Positions 18,295-28,945 of a stretch of 64,000 nucleotides of DNA are shown one piece after another. Made by a program: the position numbers and the translations under genes. Origin of the DNA: Corallococcus sp. EGB. GTDB lineage: Bacteria > Myxococcota > Myxococcia > Myxococcales > Myxococcaceae. The notes below the pieces were generated by a model. The model did not search any database, was not told where the DNA came from, and saw only the letters and a list, made by a program, of their open reading frames with translations. Location of the stretch: NCBI RefSeq assembly GCF_019968905.1, contig NZ_CP079946.1:5985356-6049355 (forward strand), read 5' to 3'. The first letter of the stretch is position 1; each line of letters begins with the position of its first letter.

Positions 18295-19557
18295 ATGAAC
18301 CCGGACGCACTGCGCAAGGCGACCCCCGAAGAACAGTTCGAAGAAGTCACCCGAGGCACCGTGGACCTGCACGTGCCGGAGGACCTCAAGAAGAAGCTCC
18401 AGCGCTCGTATGACCAGGGCAAGCCGCTGGTCATCAAGGCGGGCTTCGACCCCAGCCGTCCCGACCTGCACCTGGGCCACACGCTGCTGCTCACGCGCAT
18501 GCGGCGCTTCCAGGAGTTCGGCCACACGGTGGTGTTCCTCATCGGTGACTTCACCGCGCTCATCGGGGACCCGTCCGGGAAGAACGCGGCCCGTCCTCCG
18601 CTCACCCGCGAGCAGGTGAAGGTCAACTCGGAGACCTACAAGCAGCAGGTCTTCAAGGTCCTGGACCCGGACAAGACGGTGGTGAAGTTCAACTCGGAGT
18701 GGCTCGACGCGCTGGGCACCGAGGGGATGATCCGCCTGGCGGCGCGCTACTCCGTGCAGCGCATGCTGGAGCGCGACGACTTCAAGAAGCGCTACCGGGA
18801 CAACCTCTCCATCGCCATCCACGAGTTCCTCTACCCGCTCTTGCAGGGCTACGACTCCGTGGCGCTGAAGGCGGACGTGGAGCTGGGCGCGACGGATCAG
18901 CTCTTCAACCTGCTGGTGGGCCGGCAGCTGATGAAGGAAGAGGGCATGGAGCCGCAGGTCATCATGACCGGCCCCATCCTGGAGGGCCTGGACGCGAAGC
19001 TGGTGGACGGCGTCATCAGCGGCGCGAAGATGTCCAAGAGCCTGGACAACTACGTGGGCATCGACGAGCCGGCGGACACCATCTTCGGCAAGTTGATGAG
19101 CATCACGGACGACCTGATGTGGCGGTACTACAAGCTCTTGTCGTCCATGCCGCTCAAGCAGGTGCTGGAGCTGGAGGAGAAGACGAAGTCCGGCCAGGCC
19201 CACCCCAAGGCCGCGAAGGTCGCCTTCGCGCGGGAGATGGCCGCGCGCTTCCAGGGTGAGGAGGCCGGCCGCAAGGCGGCGGAGGACTTCGAGAAGCGCT
19301 TCGCCAAGAAGGAGCTGTCCGCGGAGGACCTGCCGCTCGTGGAGGTGTCGCTCGCGGGGGCGGAGAAGCTCTTCGTCACGAAGCTGCTGCCGGAGACGAA
19401 GCTCGTCGCGTCCGCCACGGAGGCGCGCAAGCTGATGACCCAGGGCGGCGTCCGGGTGAACGGCGAGAAGGTCACCGACCCCAAGGCGGAGCTGGGGGCC
19501 GGCGAGTACACCGTGCAGGTGGGCAAGCTGAAGGCGGCGCGGGTGAAGCTGGCCTGA
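18295..19557 (+). CDS. tyrS: Tyrosyl-tRNA synthetase.
   Basis: HLGH as [15 protein letters not shown] as [10 protein letters not shown], and a C-terminal S4 domain. Confidence 0.9.
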   Translation: MNPDALRKATPEEQFEEVTRGTVDLHVPEDLKKKLQRSYDQGKPLVIKAGFDPSRPDLHLGHTLLLTRMRRFQEFGHTVVFLIGDFTALIGDPSGKNAARPPLTREQVKVNSETYKQQVFKVLDPDKTVVKFNSEWLDALGTEGMIRLAARYSVQRMLERDDFKKRYRDNLSIAIHEFLYPLLQGYDSVALKADVELGATDQLFNLLVGRQLMKEEGMEPQVIMTGPILEGLDAKLVDGVISGAKMSKSLDNYVGIDEPADTIFGKLMSITDDLMWRYYKLLSSMPLKQVLELEEKTKSGQAHPKAAKVAFAREMAARFQGEEAGRKAAEDFEKRFAKKELSAEDLPLVEVSLAGAEKLFVTKLLPETKLVASATEARKLMTQGGVRVNGEKVTDPKAELGAGEYTVQVGKLKAARVKLA

Positions 19558-19589
19558 GCGCCGCGGTCAGGTGCCGCCCGGGCCTGGGT

Positions 19590-20414
19590 TCAGGTCGCGG
19601 GCGGCTCCTTCGGGAGCCCGCCTTCGTACATGGCGGCGGAGCGCCCCACGAGGAAGCCCTGGGGCAGCACCTTGAACATCGTGGCAAGGAAGCGGTTGAG
19701 GATGCCGGGGATGGCCAGCTCGCGGCGGCGGACGAAGGCGTCCACGGCGATGCGGGCGCAGGCCTCCGCGGACATGATGCCCAGGTCCCCCGCCTTGAAC
19801 TTCCGGTCCAGGCCGGACAGCGACAGCATCTCCGTGGCGATGCCGCCCGGTGCGAAGACGGTGATGGACACGCCGGCCTTGCGCAGCTCGTAGGCCAGGC
19901 TGCGCCCGTAGCTGATGACGAATGACTTCGTCGCCGCGTAGGCCGCCTGGTACGGCAGCGGCGAGAAGCCCGCCATGCTCGCCACGAGCATCAGCGCCCC
20001 GCCCCCCTCCCGCTTCGCGAAGTGCGCGCCGAAGAGCTGCGACATGCGCACCACGCTCGTGATGTTGGTGGCCAGCATCGCGTCAAAGGACTCGGGCGGC
20101 TGATCCAGCGCGTGGCCGAAGTAGGTGATGCCAGCGTTGAGGATGACGCCGTCGACGCTGCGGCCCGAGGTGGCGGTCTCGAAGACGCGCGCGGCGTCAC
20201 CGGGCTTCGTGAGGTCCGCGGACAGGGGCAGCACCTGCACACCGTGCGCGGACTCGAGCTCCGTCTTGAGCGCGGTGAGCCGGTCCTCGCGGCGGGCGAC
20301 GGCGATGATGTGGGCGCCGTGCTCCTTCGCGAGCAGGCGGGCCATCTCCAGCCCCAGGCCGGACGACGCGCCGGTAATGAGCACCCAGCGGCCTCGGAAA
20401 TTCATCGGTTTCAT
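19590..20414 (-). CDS. Short-chain dehydrogenase/reductase (SDR) oxidoreductase.
   Basis: WVLITGASSGLG Rossmann motif and a YxxxK region. Confidence 0.85.
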   Translation of the reverse strand: MKPMNFRGRWVLITGASSGLGLEMARLLAKEHGAHIIAVARREDRLTALKTELESAHGVQVLPLSADLTKPGDAARVFETATSGRSVDGVILNAGITYFGHALDQPPESFDAMLATNITSVVRMSQLFGAHFAKREGGGALMLVASMAGFSPLPYQAAYAATKSFVISYGRSLAYELRKAGVSITVFAPGGIATEMLSLSGLDRKFKAGDLGIMSAEACARIAVDAFVRRRELAIPGILNRFLATMFKVLPQGFLVGRSAAMYEGGLPKEPPAT

Positions 20415-20500
20415 AGCGGGCGCGTTTATTTCGCGGCGCGGCGCCGGGCGCAACCGGGGAACAGCGGGCTTCGGGCGCGCCTGTTAGAGTCGGGCGCATC

Positions 20501-21598
20501 ATGCGCCTTTCCGGGTCGCTCGCCTGCTTCTTCCTGGCCCTCTCCGTGTCTCCCATGGCGCTCGCGGGCAGCGGCGTCTTCACCACCGACGAGGCCGTGG
20601 ACGCGGTGGAGCAGCCCGAGTCCTCCAGGGTCGTCTTCTCCGTGCAGCCGGGTGTGTCCTATCCGCTCGTGAAGAAGGGAGGCCCCAACCGCGCGTGGTG
20701 CAAGCTCCAGGGGCCAAAGGCGGAGGGCTGGGTGCTCTGCGATGGCACGCCCACGGACGCCGTGCGCAAGGCGCCGGGCACGGACGCGCTCGTGCGCGCG
20801 GACCACGAGAACACGCGCCAGCAGCAGGCGGCCCGGGGCGTCGACGCGGCGGAAGAAGAAACCGTGGCGGTCCGGGCCCCCGCGGGCCGTGCCGCGGCTC
20901 CGGGCGTAGGCGCGGCCTGCGCGAGCACGTGTGATCAACCGCCCCTCTTCGCCAAGGTTCCGGCGCTGACCGCGCTGGACCGCGAGGTGCTGGACCTGTG
21001 CCCCGCGCGCCCCGACGCGAGCGTGAGCGCCGGGGACGTGCAGCGCTTCTTCGCGAAGCACTACGACGACGCGCGGGTGCAGCGCGCGCTGTCCGCGGCA
21101 GGCCGTCCGGGCTCACGGCAGGCGAACATCGAATGGCTCACGAGCCTGTGGGTGAGCACCGGCCCGCGCAACGCGTTCACGCATGTCTTCTGCGGGGACG
21201 ACTGGCAGCGCGGCCCGATTGGCGGCCTCCATTTCCTGCCCCGCTACGCGCAGCTCGAGGCGGAAGGGAAGGTCTGCTACCAGGGCCCCGCGAAGGGCGA
21301 GGACGCGGTGCAGGGCGACCAGTACCTCATCCGCTTCAAGGGCCTTTCGCCGTGGTCCTGCGGCGTGAAGCGGACGGGTGGCTTCTCGACGTCGCAGGAC
21401 GCGGTCTCCATCGCCGCCATCGGAATCCGTGCTTTCGCACGGTGCTGTGCGCGCGGCGGGGCGAAGAAGGAAGGCGGCGTCTACGCGGCGCCGGACATCG
21501 GCGGTGGTAACTGGCGCATCTGGTGCGGCACGCGCAACGGCACCTATGGCATCGCCACGCTGCACCCCACCGACGAAGCCGCCACCTGCGCGGAGTAA
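20501..21598 (+). CDS. Secreted protein with an N-terminal SH3b-like region and a C-terminal EndoU-like domain (putative RNase).
   Basis: Signal peptide MRLSGSLACFFLALSVSPMALA. FTHVFCGDDW...GGLHFLP resembles the XendoU/EndoU motif (HVFxGE...GxHNW). Confidence 0.45.
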   Translation: MRLSGSLACFFLALSVSPMALAGSGVFTTDEAVDAVEQPESSRVVFSVQPGVSYPLVKKGGPNRAWCKLQGPKAEGWVLCDGTPTDAVRKAPGTDALVRADHENTRQQQAARGVDAAEEETVAVRAPAGRAAAPGVGAACASTCDQPPLFAKVPALTALDREVLDLCPARPDASVSAGDVQRFFAKHYDDARVQRALSAAGRPGSRQANIEWLTSLWVSTGPRNAFTHVFCGDDWQRGPIGGLHFLPRYAQLEAEGKVCYQGPAKGEDAVQGDQYLIRFKGLSPWSCGVKRTGGFSTSQDAVSIAAIGIRAFARCCARGGAKKEGGVYAAPDIGGGNWRIWCGTRNGTYGIATLHPTDEAATCAE

Positions 21599-21642
21599 CG
21601 GACCGGCGCCACACGGGGCGCCGGCCCCCTCCCCACCGAGGC

Positions 21643-24600
21643 CTACGGCGCCTTGTCCACGGTGAGCACCGCGCCGGTGGAGTACGCGGTGAACTCCGGC
21701 GCGTACATGGACTGCACCGTCGCCGGGCCCACGCGGAAGGTGCCCGCGAGGTTCGCGCGCAGCCGGTACTTGAACGTGTACTCACCGGCCGGCAGCGACT
21801 CGAAGAAGAAGTTCGTCCCCGAGTCGCGCGTCTCCTCGTACCAGACGATGCCCAGGTCCCACCTGTGGCGCGACTGAGCGTTCTCCGGCTCCAGGCCCGC
21901 GGCGCGCGGGTCCCTCAGGTGCACGTACTCCGCCGCGTGCTTCGTGCGCAGCGACAGCTGCACCTCCACCTCGTCACCGGGCCGCAGGGTCGCGCCGTCG
22001 GACAGCGGGCGCAGGAGCGTCTGGTTGCCCTCGCGGATCCGCACGAAGTAGCGGCGTGACACCTGGAAGAAGTCCCCGCGCTCCTCCTTCGGCAGCTCCT
22101 CCGTGGAGAAGTGCCACGTCGCGGAGGCGATGGCGAAGCCCGGGGTCGTCTTCTCCACCACCGTGCTCGCGGTGCTCGCGTTGACCTCCGGCCCGGAGAG
22201 GACCACCTGGTTCTTCTTCCCCGTGTACACGTCCGGTGAGAAGGCCATGGAGACCACCTTCGGGCCCACCGTCACCTTCAGCTCCTCGCGCACGGCCAGC
22301 GAGCCCTCCGCCTCCATGTAGTTCACCAGCGCGTAGAGGGCCTCCGCCGTGGCGCGCGTGGACTTCCAGTGGCCCAGCTTCTTGTCCAGGAGCAGCCACT
22401 GCACCAGGCCCGCGCGGCGAGGATCCTTCGGGCGCAGCTCCGACAGCGTGCGCAGCGCGAAGGCGTGCGTCTCCGTGGAGTCGTTGTACCAGAGCCACCC
22501 CCGGTCCTCCGGCGCCCAGTACGTGCCCAGGTCCTGCGACGTCTTCGCGGAGTCCATCACGCTGTCCCAGACCTTCTGCGCGTCCTTCGTGCGTTTCGCG
22601 CGGTTCAGCGTCAGCGCCAGGTACCCCTTGAGGTACGGCGAATGCTGCTTCCAGTGCTTGAAGGAGAAGTCGAGCATGCCCTGCCGCTCGGCGGCGCTGA
22701 GCGCCTCGCCCGTGTAGCGCGCATCCGGGTACGCCGACGCCACGAAGTTGAGGAACGTGAGGAACTCCCAGCCCTGGTCCTTCTTCATCAGCTGGTTCGC
22801 GTAGTCGTTCCGGAAGTGCATGGTGAGGTATTCCCACGCCTGCGCGGTCATCGAGGGCGGCACCTCCACGCCGTGCTCCATCGCGCGCGACAAGCCGTGC
22901 AGCAGGTAGAGCGTCATGTACGGAGACGACGGGCCGCCGGGCCACCAGGGGAAGCCGCCGTCCGCGTTCTGCGATTTGCGCAGCTTCGCCATCGCGGACA
23001 CGCGCTGGGCCTGGGCCACCTTCGGATCCAACACGCGCAGGAGCGCGTCGTCGGAGCCCGTCCCGCCCTTCGCCTCGTTGAGCCAGGGCGTCTCCTCCAG
23101 CGCCATCTTCCGGTTCGGGTCGACGTCGTCCCAGGTCTCGAAGCGCGTGCTGCGCTGGCTCAGGTCCTTGGCTACCTTCGCCACCGCGGGATACTTGCCG
23201 AAGAGGCTGGAGACGATGCCGGTGGACACGAAGCGGTTGAGCGTCTGCTCCGTGCACTCGTAGGGGTAGTCCACCAGGTACGGCAGCGCCTGGAGCACGG
23301 AGTAGAAGAGCTGCGCGTCCACCGTCACCACGAGCTGCTCGTTCACGCGCGTGGGGTCGTCCGACTTCTTCAGGTCGTCGAACGTCAGCGCGCGGCGGTC
23401 CTGGTTGTTCAACATCGCGAAGCGCGACTGGGACAGGTGCATGCGGCCTGGCAGCACCGGCAGGGGACGCAGCTCGCCATCACTGAACGCGCCCGTCTTC
23501 GCGACGACGCGGAAGGCCACCGGTCCCACACGCGCGGGCGTGGTGATGGGGAAGCGCAGGTGCGTGCCCTTCCCTGCCGCCACCGTGAAGGCCTGCGTGG
23601 CCGTCTTCACGCCGAAGTCCGAGAGCAGGCTCTTCTGCGTGTCCGGATCCACGATGTCGAACGTGAGCTGGCCCTGCTGCGTCTGGCCCCCCGCGTTGTT
23701 CACCACGACCTCCAGGTCCGCACGGTCACCCTCGCGCAGGAAGCGCGGCAGGTACGGGCGCACCATCAGCTCCTTCACGCTGCGGGTGGTCTTCTGCGTG
23801 GAGCCCCCGCGCAGGTCGCGCGTGAGCGCGTGCACCCAGATGTCCCAGGCCGTCACCGAATCCGGCACCGTGAACTCCAGCACCGCCGCGCCATCCGGGC
23901 CGGTAATCAGCTGCGGGATCCAGAACGCCGTCTCCGCGAAGTTCGAGCGCAGCGGCTGCTCCCCCGACGCATCGGCCCCGGCCACGGGCTCGCCATTGAT
24001 GCTCACGATGCGCTCGCGCCGCTTCTGCTCCTGCGCCCGCTCGCCCGACGGTTTGGGCATCGCGGCGGAGGGCGCGGGGGCCGGCGGCGGAGGAGGAGGC
24101 GCCGCGCGATCCTCTGATTCCCGCTGCACGGCCCCAGGCTTCGAGGCGGCCATGGCACGCATGGGGCGCCCCCCGAAGTAGTTTCGGTAGCCCGGCCCAC
24201 CCAGGCCGTAGCCGTCCTCGAACTTCAGCGTGTCCTCGCGGGGCTCCGACACCGCGGTCCTGCCCTGGTTGAGCTCGTCGAAGAGCCAGTCCGCGCCAAA
24301 GGTTCCCCCGGACGACCGGACGTCCACGTACACCGACTGCTGCGGATACAGCTGCGCCACTTGCGGCGGCGTGTGCGGTCCGAAGACGTTCAACGACTGA
24401 TCGTACATGTACGCGAGCAACTCCGCGGCGCCCGCCTCCAGCTTCGCGCCCTTCGGCCCCTTCACCGTCACGCGGAAGGTCTCCTTCGCGCCGGGCCGCA
24501 GCGTGTCGCGGAACGTGGCGAACTCCACGCTGAGCTCCTTGTCGTCGAAGGGCACGGCCACTGTCTGCTGGAAGCTCAGTGCCTGCCAGTCGCGAACCAT

Positions 24601-27600
24601 CGACAGCACCACCGTGAAGCCGCCGCGCAGGGCCTCCGTCACCGGAAGCTCCACCACCGCCCGCCCCTGCCCCGCCTTCAACTGACGGTGCTCGATGCGC
24701 TGGCGCCCCTGGTACACGTCCATCACCAGCAGCTGGCCCTCGAAGCCGGAGGTCACCAGCAGCCGCGCCACCTCACCCACGCGCACGCTCGTGCGCTCGG
24801 CCGCCAACACCGCCGGCACTCCCGCCGGTGCGCGGGCCCCCGCCACCAGGAAGTCCTGCTGCGCAGTGGCCTTCTGACCGAACGCGTCCGTCGTCTCGTA
24901 ACGCAGGCGGTACGCGCCCGCGCGCAGGGCCGGCAGCTTCACGGTGGCGACACCATCCGCGCCATGCGTCACCGCCGCCTGCGCCACCTCCGCGCCGTCG
25001 TCCCAGCGCCGCAGCGTCTGCTCCACGTCGAAGGTCGTATCCCAGCGGGCCTTGAGCGCATCACCCGGCGTGGGCGTCATCTCCTTGCCCGCCTGCGCCT
25101 CCGAGTCCAGGGACTGGAGCTTTTCGACCGGCACCTCCGACGGCATCAGCGGACGGGCCGGCGCCTTCAGCGCGATGAGCCGCCAGCGGCCCGGGCCAGC
25201 CTGAGGAGCGCCGTCCAGGTTGGAGCGCACGAGCCGCACCTCCGACGGGAAGTCCTCGCGCACGAAGCCCGCGTCGGACTCCACGCGGCCCTCCACCGAC
25301 ACGAAGCCCAGGCGGAAGGCCCGGCTCGCGGAGCGCGTCTCGCCGCCCTCGTCCGTCAGGTCCGCCTCCACGCGGTAGCGCCAGGACATGCCCTGCGCCT
25401 TCGCGAGCCGCTCGTCCGCCTCCGGCGTGAAGGCCACGGTGAAGCCGCCGTCCTCGCCCACCGTGGCGGTGCCGGAGGCCACCAGCTCCGCAGCGGTCGG
25501 GATGGGCTCCCAGAACCACCAGCGCGGGAGCACCGGCTCGCGCGACACGCGCCACTTCACCGCGCCGCGCGTCACTGGAAGGCCAAAGTAGTAGCGCGCC
25601 TCACCCTGGAAACTGGCGCGTTTGTTGATCCGCAGCGCATCCTGCGCGTCCTTCAGCGTCACCTCGAAGGTGGGCCGCTTGTACTCCTCCACGCGCACCC
25701 AGCTATAGCCGTTGGGGCTCGTGTGCACGCTCCACTGCCCCAGGGGTCGCCCGGAGGGAATGTCGAACTCGCCGGCCACGGAGCCGAACGCGTTGGTGCG
25801 CGCCTCGCGCTTCGCCACCTCCTGGCCGTTGGGGTCCATGAGCGTCACCGTCACCGGCGAATCCGGCAGGACGCGGTAGCGCTTCGATGCCTCCTCCGGC
25901 TGGTAGGCCACCACCTTCCACAAGAGCTTCTGCTGGGGCCGGTAGACGGTGCGGTCCGTGTAGATGAGCGTCTGGGCCTGCGAGGGCGCCTCATGGAAGG
26001 GCGCGAGGTACACCGCGCCCGGGAACACCATCGCGCCCTTCCCCCGGCCCACCACCAGAATCATGTCCTCGTAGCTGCCCGCATCCGTCCCTGCCAGCAG
26101 CAGGTCTCCGTTGGCGTCGGTGCGGCGGCTGGCGATGGTGAAGCGGCGCGTGCGGTAGTCCTGCTTCACCAGCCGCACCTCCACGTTCGGCGCACCCGCA
26201 CCCGTGGCCCCGTCCACCACGCGCACCTCCGCCTGATGGGGATAGATTTTGCGCACCGTCACCGCCCACGGCGACACGGACATCGGCAGGGACAGGAGCC
26301 GGCTGTCCTTCTTCGCGAAGTCCTCGCGCGTGGACACGACGATGACGTAGGTACCCGGCTTGAGCGCGGGCAGCGTCACGAAGGTCTGGTGCCGCTGGAA
26401 GTCAGGCGTGGGCGGCAGCGCCGCGCTCCACGCGGCGTCCGCCTTGCGCGACGTCAACAGGCGCAACGCCTCCGTGTTGTTGGCGTATAGCGACAGGTCC
26501 GCATCCGGCTTCGCGAGCCGCGCTTCCACGTCCAGCGCGTACGCCCGGAAGTACACCGCTCCCAGGTTGCGGTGCTGCACCTGGATGGAGCGCTGCCCCG
26601 GTCCGTCCACCTGCATCACGGACGCGTACAGCTCCGGGGTCTCTTGCTCCGCCATCAGCGCCCGGCACTCCGCGCCTCCCAGCGACGTCGGCCACGCCTC
26701 CGCGCCCGCCTTCGCCAGCGCATGCGCCGTGATGGGCCGGCCCGCCTGGTCCTCCATCTCCGCGAGCTGGTGCTGGCCCATGGACCACCACGGCACGTCC
26801 CGGAAGCCCTTCAGGTGCTCGGCCAGGTGCTCACGGATGCGCCGCCGATCCGCCGCCTCGGTGAACGACGTCGACAGGACCTCATAGCGCCGCAGCCGCG
26901 CCTCCAGCGCCGCCTCGCGCCGGCCCGCCGCCAGGTGCCACGCCTCCAGGTCTCCCAGCACCGCCGCCACCTTCAGCAGCGGATGCACGGACGGAGCCTT
27001 CAGCTCCACCTTCGGCGTGCCGGAGAGCAATGCGCCCAGGTCCAGCCGGTACACGCCCTGCTCCTGCTCCGGGCGCCACAGCCCCGTGTTCGCCAGCGAC
27101 TCCACCCACAGGTACGTCACCGCGTCGCGCACCGTGGAGCGGATGCCCTCCGGATACGTGTTGGGCTCGATGTACTCGGACAGCACCTTCACGGGCTCGG
27201 TGCCGAACTTCGCCCGCGTCTCCCAGACGGCGGCGTAGGTGCGCTGGATCTCCGTCACCAGCTGATCCTTCGTCCACGCCTTCAGGTCCACCGGCCCGGA
27301 GGTCACCACCTGCTCGCGCTGGCCAATCTCGTAGCCGTAGGCCTGCAGGTAGTTCGCGAGCACCGCCGCGTAGAACAGTTGCAGCGTGGCCTGCTGCCGT
27401 ACCCCCTCCGGCCAGGGCTGCTCGCGCAGGAAGCGCACCGTCGTCTCGTAGCCGTGAAGCCGCGAGCGCAGTTGCACCGTGCGCACCAGCGCGCGCGTCC
27501 ACTCGTCCGCGTCGCCCTGGGCCTTCGCCTCGGCCAGCCGGGCCTCGGCGCCCTGCGCGGCGGACTCCACCTTGTCATCGGCGACGAGCGCGTCGATGGC

Positions 27601-27714
27601 CTTCCACGTCGGGGGCGCCTTCGCTGCGGGCGCCGCCACGGATACGGAGGACACGACGAGGAACAGCAGGCACAACACGGAGGCGGATGGACGCGGGCGC
27701 GGTGGAGAAGACAT
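21643..27714 (-). CDS. Alpha-2-macroglobulin family protein, 2023 aa, with an intact thioester.
   Basis: Signal peptide, YECTEQTLNRF thioester motif (CxEQ), very large size and MG-domain-like repeats. Confidence 0.85.
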   Translation of the reverse strand: MSSPPRPRPSASVLCLLFLVVSSVSVAAPAAKAPPTWKAIDALVADDKVESAAQGAEARLAEAKAQGDADEWTRALVRTVQLRSRLHGYETTVRFLREQPWPEGVRQQATLQLFYAAVLANYLQAYGYEIGQREQVVTSGPVDLKAWTKDQLVTEIQRTYAAVWETRAKFGTEPVKVLSEYIEPNTYPEGIRSTVRDAVTYLWVESLANTGLWRPEQEQGVYRLDLGALLSGTPKVELKAPSVHPLLKVAAVLGDLEAWHLAAGRREAALEARLRRYEVLSTSFTEAADRRRIREHLAEHLKGFRDVPWWSMGQHQLAEMEDQAGRPITAHALAKAGAEAWPTSLGGAECRALMAEQETPELYASVMQVDGPGQRSIQVQHRNLGAVYFRAYALDVEARLAKPDADLSLYANNTEALRLLTSRKADAAWSAALPPTPDFQRHQTFVTLPALKPGTYVIVVSTREDFAKKDSRLLSLPMSVSPWAVTVRKIYPHQAEVRVVDGATGAGAPNVEVRLVKQDYRTRRFTIASRRTDANGDLLLAGTDAGSYEDMILVVGRGKGAMVFPGAVYLAPFHEAPSQAQTLIYTDRTVYRPQQKLLWKVVAYQPEEASKRYRVLPDSPVTVTLMDPNGQEVAKREARTNAFGSVAGEFDIPSGRPLGQWSVHTSPNGYSWVRVEEYKRPTFEVTLKDAQDALRINKRASFQGEARYYFGLPVTRGAVKWRVSREPVLPRWWFWEPIPTAAELVASGTATVGEDGGFTVAFTPEADERLAKAQGMSWRYRVEADLTDEGGETRSASRAFRLGFVSVEGRVESDAGFVREDFPSEVRLVRSNLDGAPQAGPGRWRLIALKAPARPLMPSEVPVEKLQSLDSEAQAGKEMTPTPGDALKARWDTTFDVEQTLRRWDDGAEVAQAAVTHGADGVATVKLPALRAGAYRLRYETTDAFGQKATAQQDFLVAGARAPAGVPAVLAAERTSVRVGEVARLLVTSGFEGQLLVMDVYQGRQRIEHRQLKAGQGRAVVELPVTEALRGGFTVVLSMVRDWQALSFQQTVAVPFDDKELSVEFATFRDTLRPGAKETFRVTVKGPKGAKLEAGAAELLAYMYDQSLNVFGPHTPPQVAQLYPQQSVYVDVRSSGGTFGADWLFDELNQGRTAVSEPREDTLKFEDGYGLGGPGYRNYFGGRPMRAMAASKPGAVQRESEDRAAPPPPPPAPAPSAAMPKPSGERAQEQKRRERIVSINGEPVAGADASGEQPLRSNFAETAFWIPQLITGPDGAAVLEFTVPDSVTAWDIWVHALTRDLRGGSTQKTTRSVKELMVRPYLPRFLREGDRADLEVVVNNAGGQTQQGQLTFDIVDPDTQKSLLSDFGVKTATQAFTVAAGKGTHLRFPITTPARVGPVAFRVVAKTGAFSDGELRPLPVLPGRMHLSQSRFAMLNNQDRRALTFDDLKKSDDPTRVNEQLVVTVDAQLFYSVLQALPYLVDYPYECTEQTLNRFVSTGIVSSLFGKYPAVAKVAKDLSQRSTRFETWDDVDPNRKMALEETPWLNEAKGGTGSDDALLRVLDPKVAQAQRVSAMAKLRKSQNADGGFPWWPGGPSSPYMTLYLLHGLSRAMEHGVEVPPSMTAQAWEYLTMHFRNDYANQLMKKDQGWEFLTFLNFVASAYPDARYTGEALSAAERQGMLDFSFKHWKQHSPYLKGYLALTLNRAKRTKDAQKVWDSVMDSAKTSQDLGTYWAPEDRGWLWYNDSTETHAFALRTLSELRPKDPRRAGLVQWLLLDKKLGHWKSTRATAEALYALVNYMEAEGSLAVREELKVTVGPKVVSMAFSPDVYTGKKNQVVLSGPEVNASTASTVVEKTTPGFAIASATWHFSTEELPKEERGDFFQVSRRYFVRIREGNQTLLRPLSDGATLRPGDEVEVQLSLRTKHAAEYVHLRDPRAAGLEPENAQSRHRWDLGIVWYEETRDSGTNFFFESLPAGEYTFKYRLRANLAGTFRVGPATVQSMYAPEFTAYSTGAVLTVDKAP

Positions 27715-27773
27715 AGGGGCGGCACTCTAGACGCCGCCCGCGCCGCTGGCGTTCCCTTCTCGTTTCAGGGGAG

Positions 27774-28385
27774 CTACGGCGCCGGGGCCTTGCGGCGCAG
27801 CCCCACCACGTAGACCTCCATGCTGGCGCCGCGCGTGGCCTCGGGGCGGACGATCTTCACCTCCTCGAAGTGCTGGCGTACCTCGTCACGGAAGGCCTCG
27901 AAGTCGCCCCCCATGAAGACCTTGGCCACGAAGGTGCCGCCTGGCCGGCCGCGCGTGGCGGCCACCTCCAGCGCCTTGCCCGCGAGCCGCAGGCTGCGCG
28001 CCTCGTCCGTGCTCTTGATGCCGGACGTCTTGGGCGCCATGTCGGAGATGACCGCGTCGTAGGGGCCGTCGTACATCGCGGCCAGCTTCGCGTCGAAGTC
28101 GTCCGCGAGCACGTCCAGCACCGCCGTCGTCACCCACTTCTGGGTGAAGGGCCGGATGGCCACGATGTCCACGCCGACGACGCGCCCGTTCATCCCCACC
28201 GCGTCCGCGAGAATCTGGAGGAACCCGCCCGGCGCCGCGCCCAGATCCAGCACCGCCGCGCCCTTCTTCACGGAGCCGGGAAAGCGCTTGAGGATCTCGT
28301 CCACCTTGAACGCGGAACGCGCGCGCAGGCCCTCTTGCTTGGCTTTCTGGAAATAGTGGTCTTTAGGACGGTAGGGCTTGCCCAT
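27774..28385 (-). CDS. rlmE: 23S rRNA (uridine-2'-O)-methyltransferase RlmE/FtsJ.
   Basis: SRSAFKVDEILKRF...VLDLGAAPGGFLQI...DMAPKTSG. Confidence 0.9.
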   Translation of the reverse strand: MGKPYRPKDHYFQKAKQEGLRARSAFKVDEILKRFPGSVKKGAAVLDLGAAPGGFLQILADAVGMNGRVVGVDIVAIRPFTQKWVTTAVLDVLADDFDAKLAAMYDGPYDAVISDMAPKTSGIKSTDEARSLRLAGKALEVAATRGRPGGTFVAKVFMGGDFEAFRDEVRQHFEEVKIVRPEATRGASMEVYVVGLRRKAPAP

Positions 28386-28486
28386 GTCAGAAGCCGTCCC
28401 TAGCATCCGCTACTGTCTTCGGAAAGCCGGAGCAGTCGCGGCCTGTTATGAGGTCGCGCCAACGGAGTTTCCGGAGGGTTGGTGGC

Positions 28487-28894
28487 ATGGGCACCCGGAG
28501 CGTGACAGCGGCCTTGTGCATCTCCCTGTTCTGCGCGGGCGGGGCTGCGTTCTGCTACGCCCGTTCCGAGGCCCTGCAGGCCGAGGGCCGCTGGCTCATG
28601 GCCCGAGGCAGCGCCCAGGCCTCCGACTTCGCCCAGAAGCTGGACGGCACCTCCGTGGACGCCCAGCTGAAGACCTTCAAGGAACGCCGCGGGGTGATGG
28701 AGCAGGCCTACCGCTGGCAGCGCGGCATGCTGCTGGGCATCATGGCCGCCGTCCTGTCCGCCCTGTCCGCCTATGTCCTCTTCCTGCTGAAGCGGCTGGA
28801 CGACCAGCTCCTGGACGCCACCGGCGAGCTGCGCCGGCCCCCGGAGGCCTCCTCCCTGCCCACCCCGGCGTTCGCGCCCAGCGTCCAGCGTTAG
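28487..28894 (+). CDS. Hypothetical membrane-anchored protein.
   Basis: N-terminal transmembrane/signal segment plus a second transmembrane helix; high GC3. Confidence 0.4.
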   Translation: MGTRSVTAALCISLFCAGGAAFCYARSEALQAEGRWLMARGSAQASDFAQKLDGTSVDAQLKTFKERRGVMEQAYRWQRGMLLGIMAAVLSALSAYVLFLLKRLDDQLLDATGELRRPPEASSLPTPAFAPSVQR

Positions 28895-28945
28895 ACGGGA
28901 CTCTGGCAGGATGCCCCCCGTTACCGTCTGACGGGGAGGACCGCC

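Noticed and set aside
17215-19203. A 662-aa minus-strand ORF over the cyclo-ligase and tyrS genes
   Set aside because: It is a shadow ORF with no motifs, and the plus-strand genes contain HLGH/KMSKS and 5-FCL signatures.
22369-26490. Plus-strand ORFs of 582 and 709 aa inside the alpha-2-macroglobulin gene
   Set aside because: They are antisense to a gene with a clear signal peptide and thioester motif, and their composition is Arg/Leu/His-rich.
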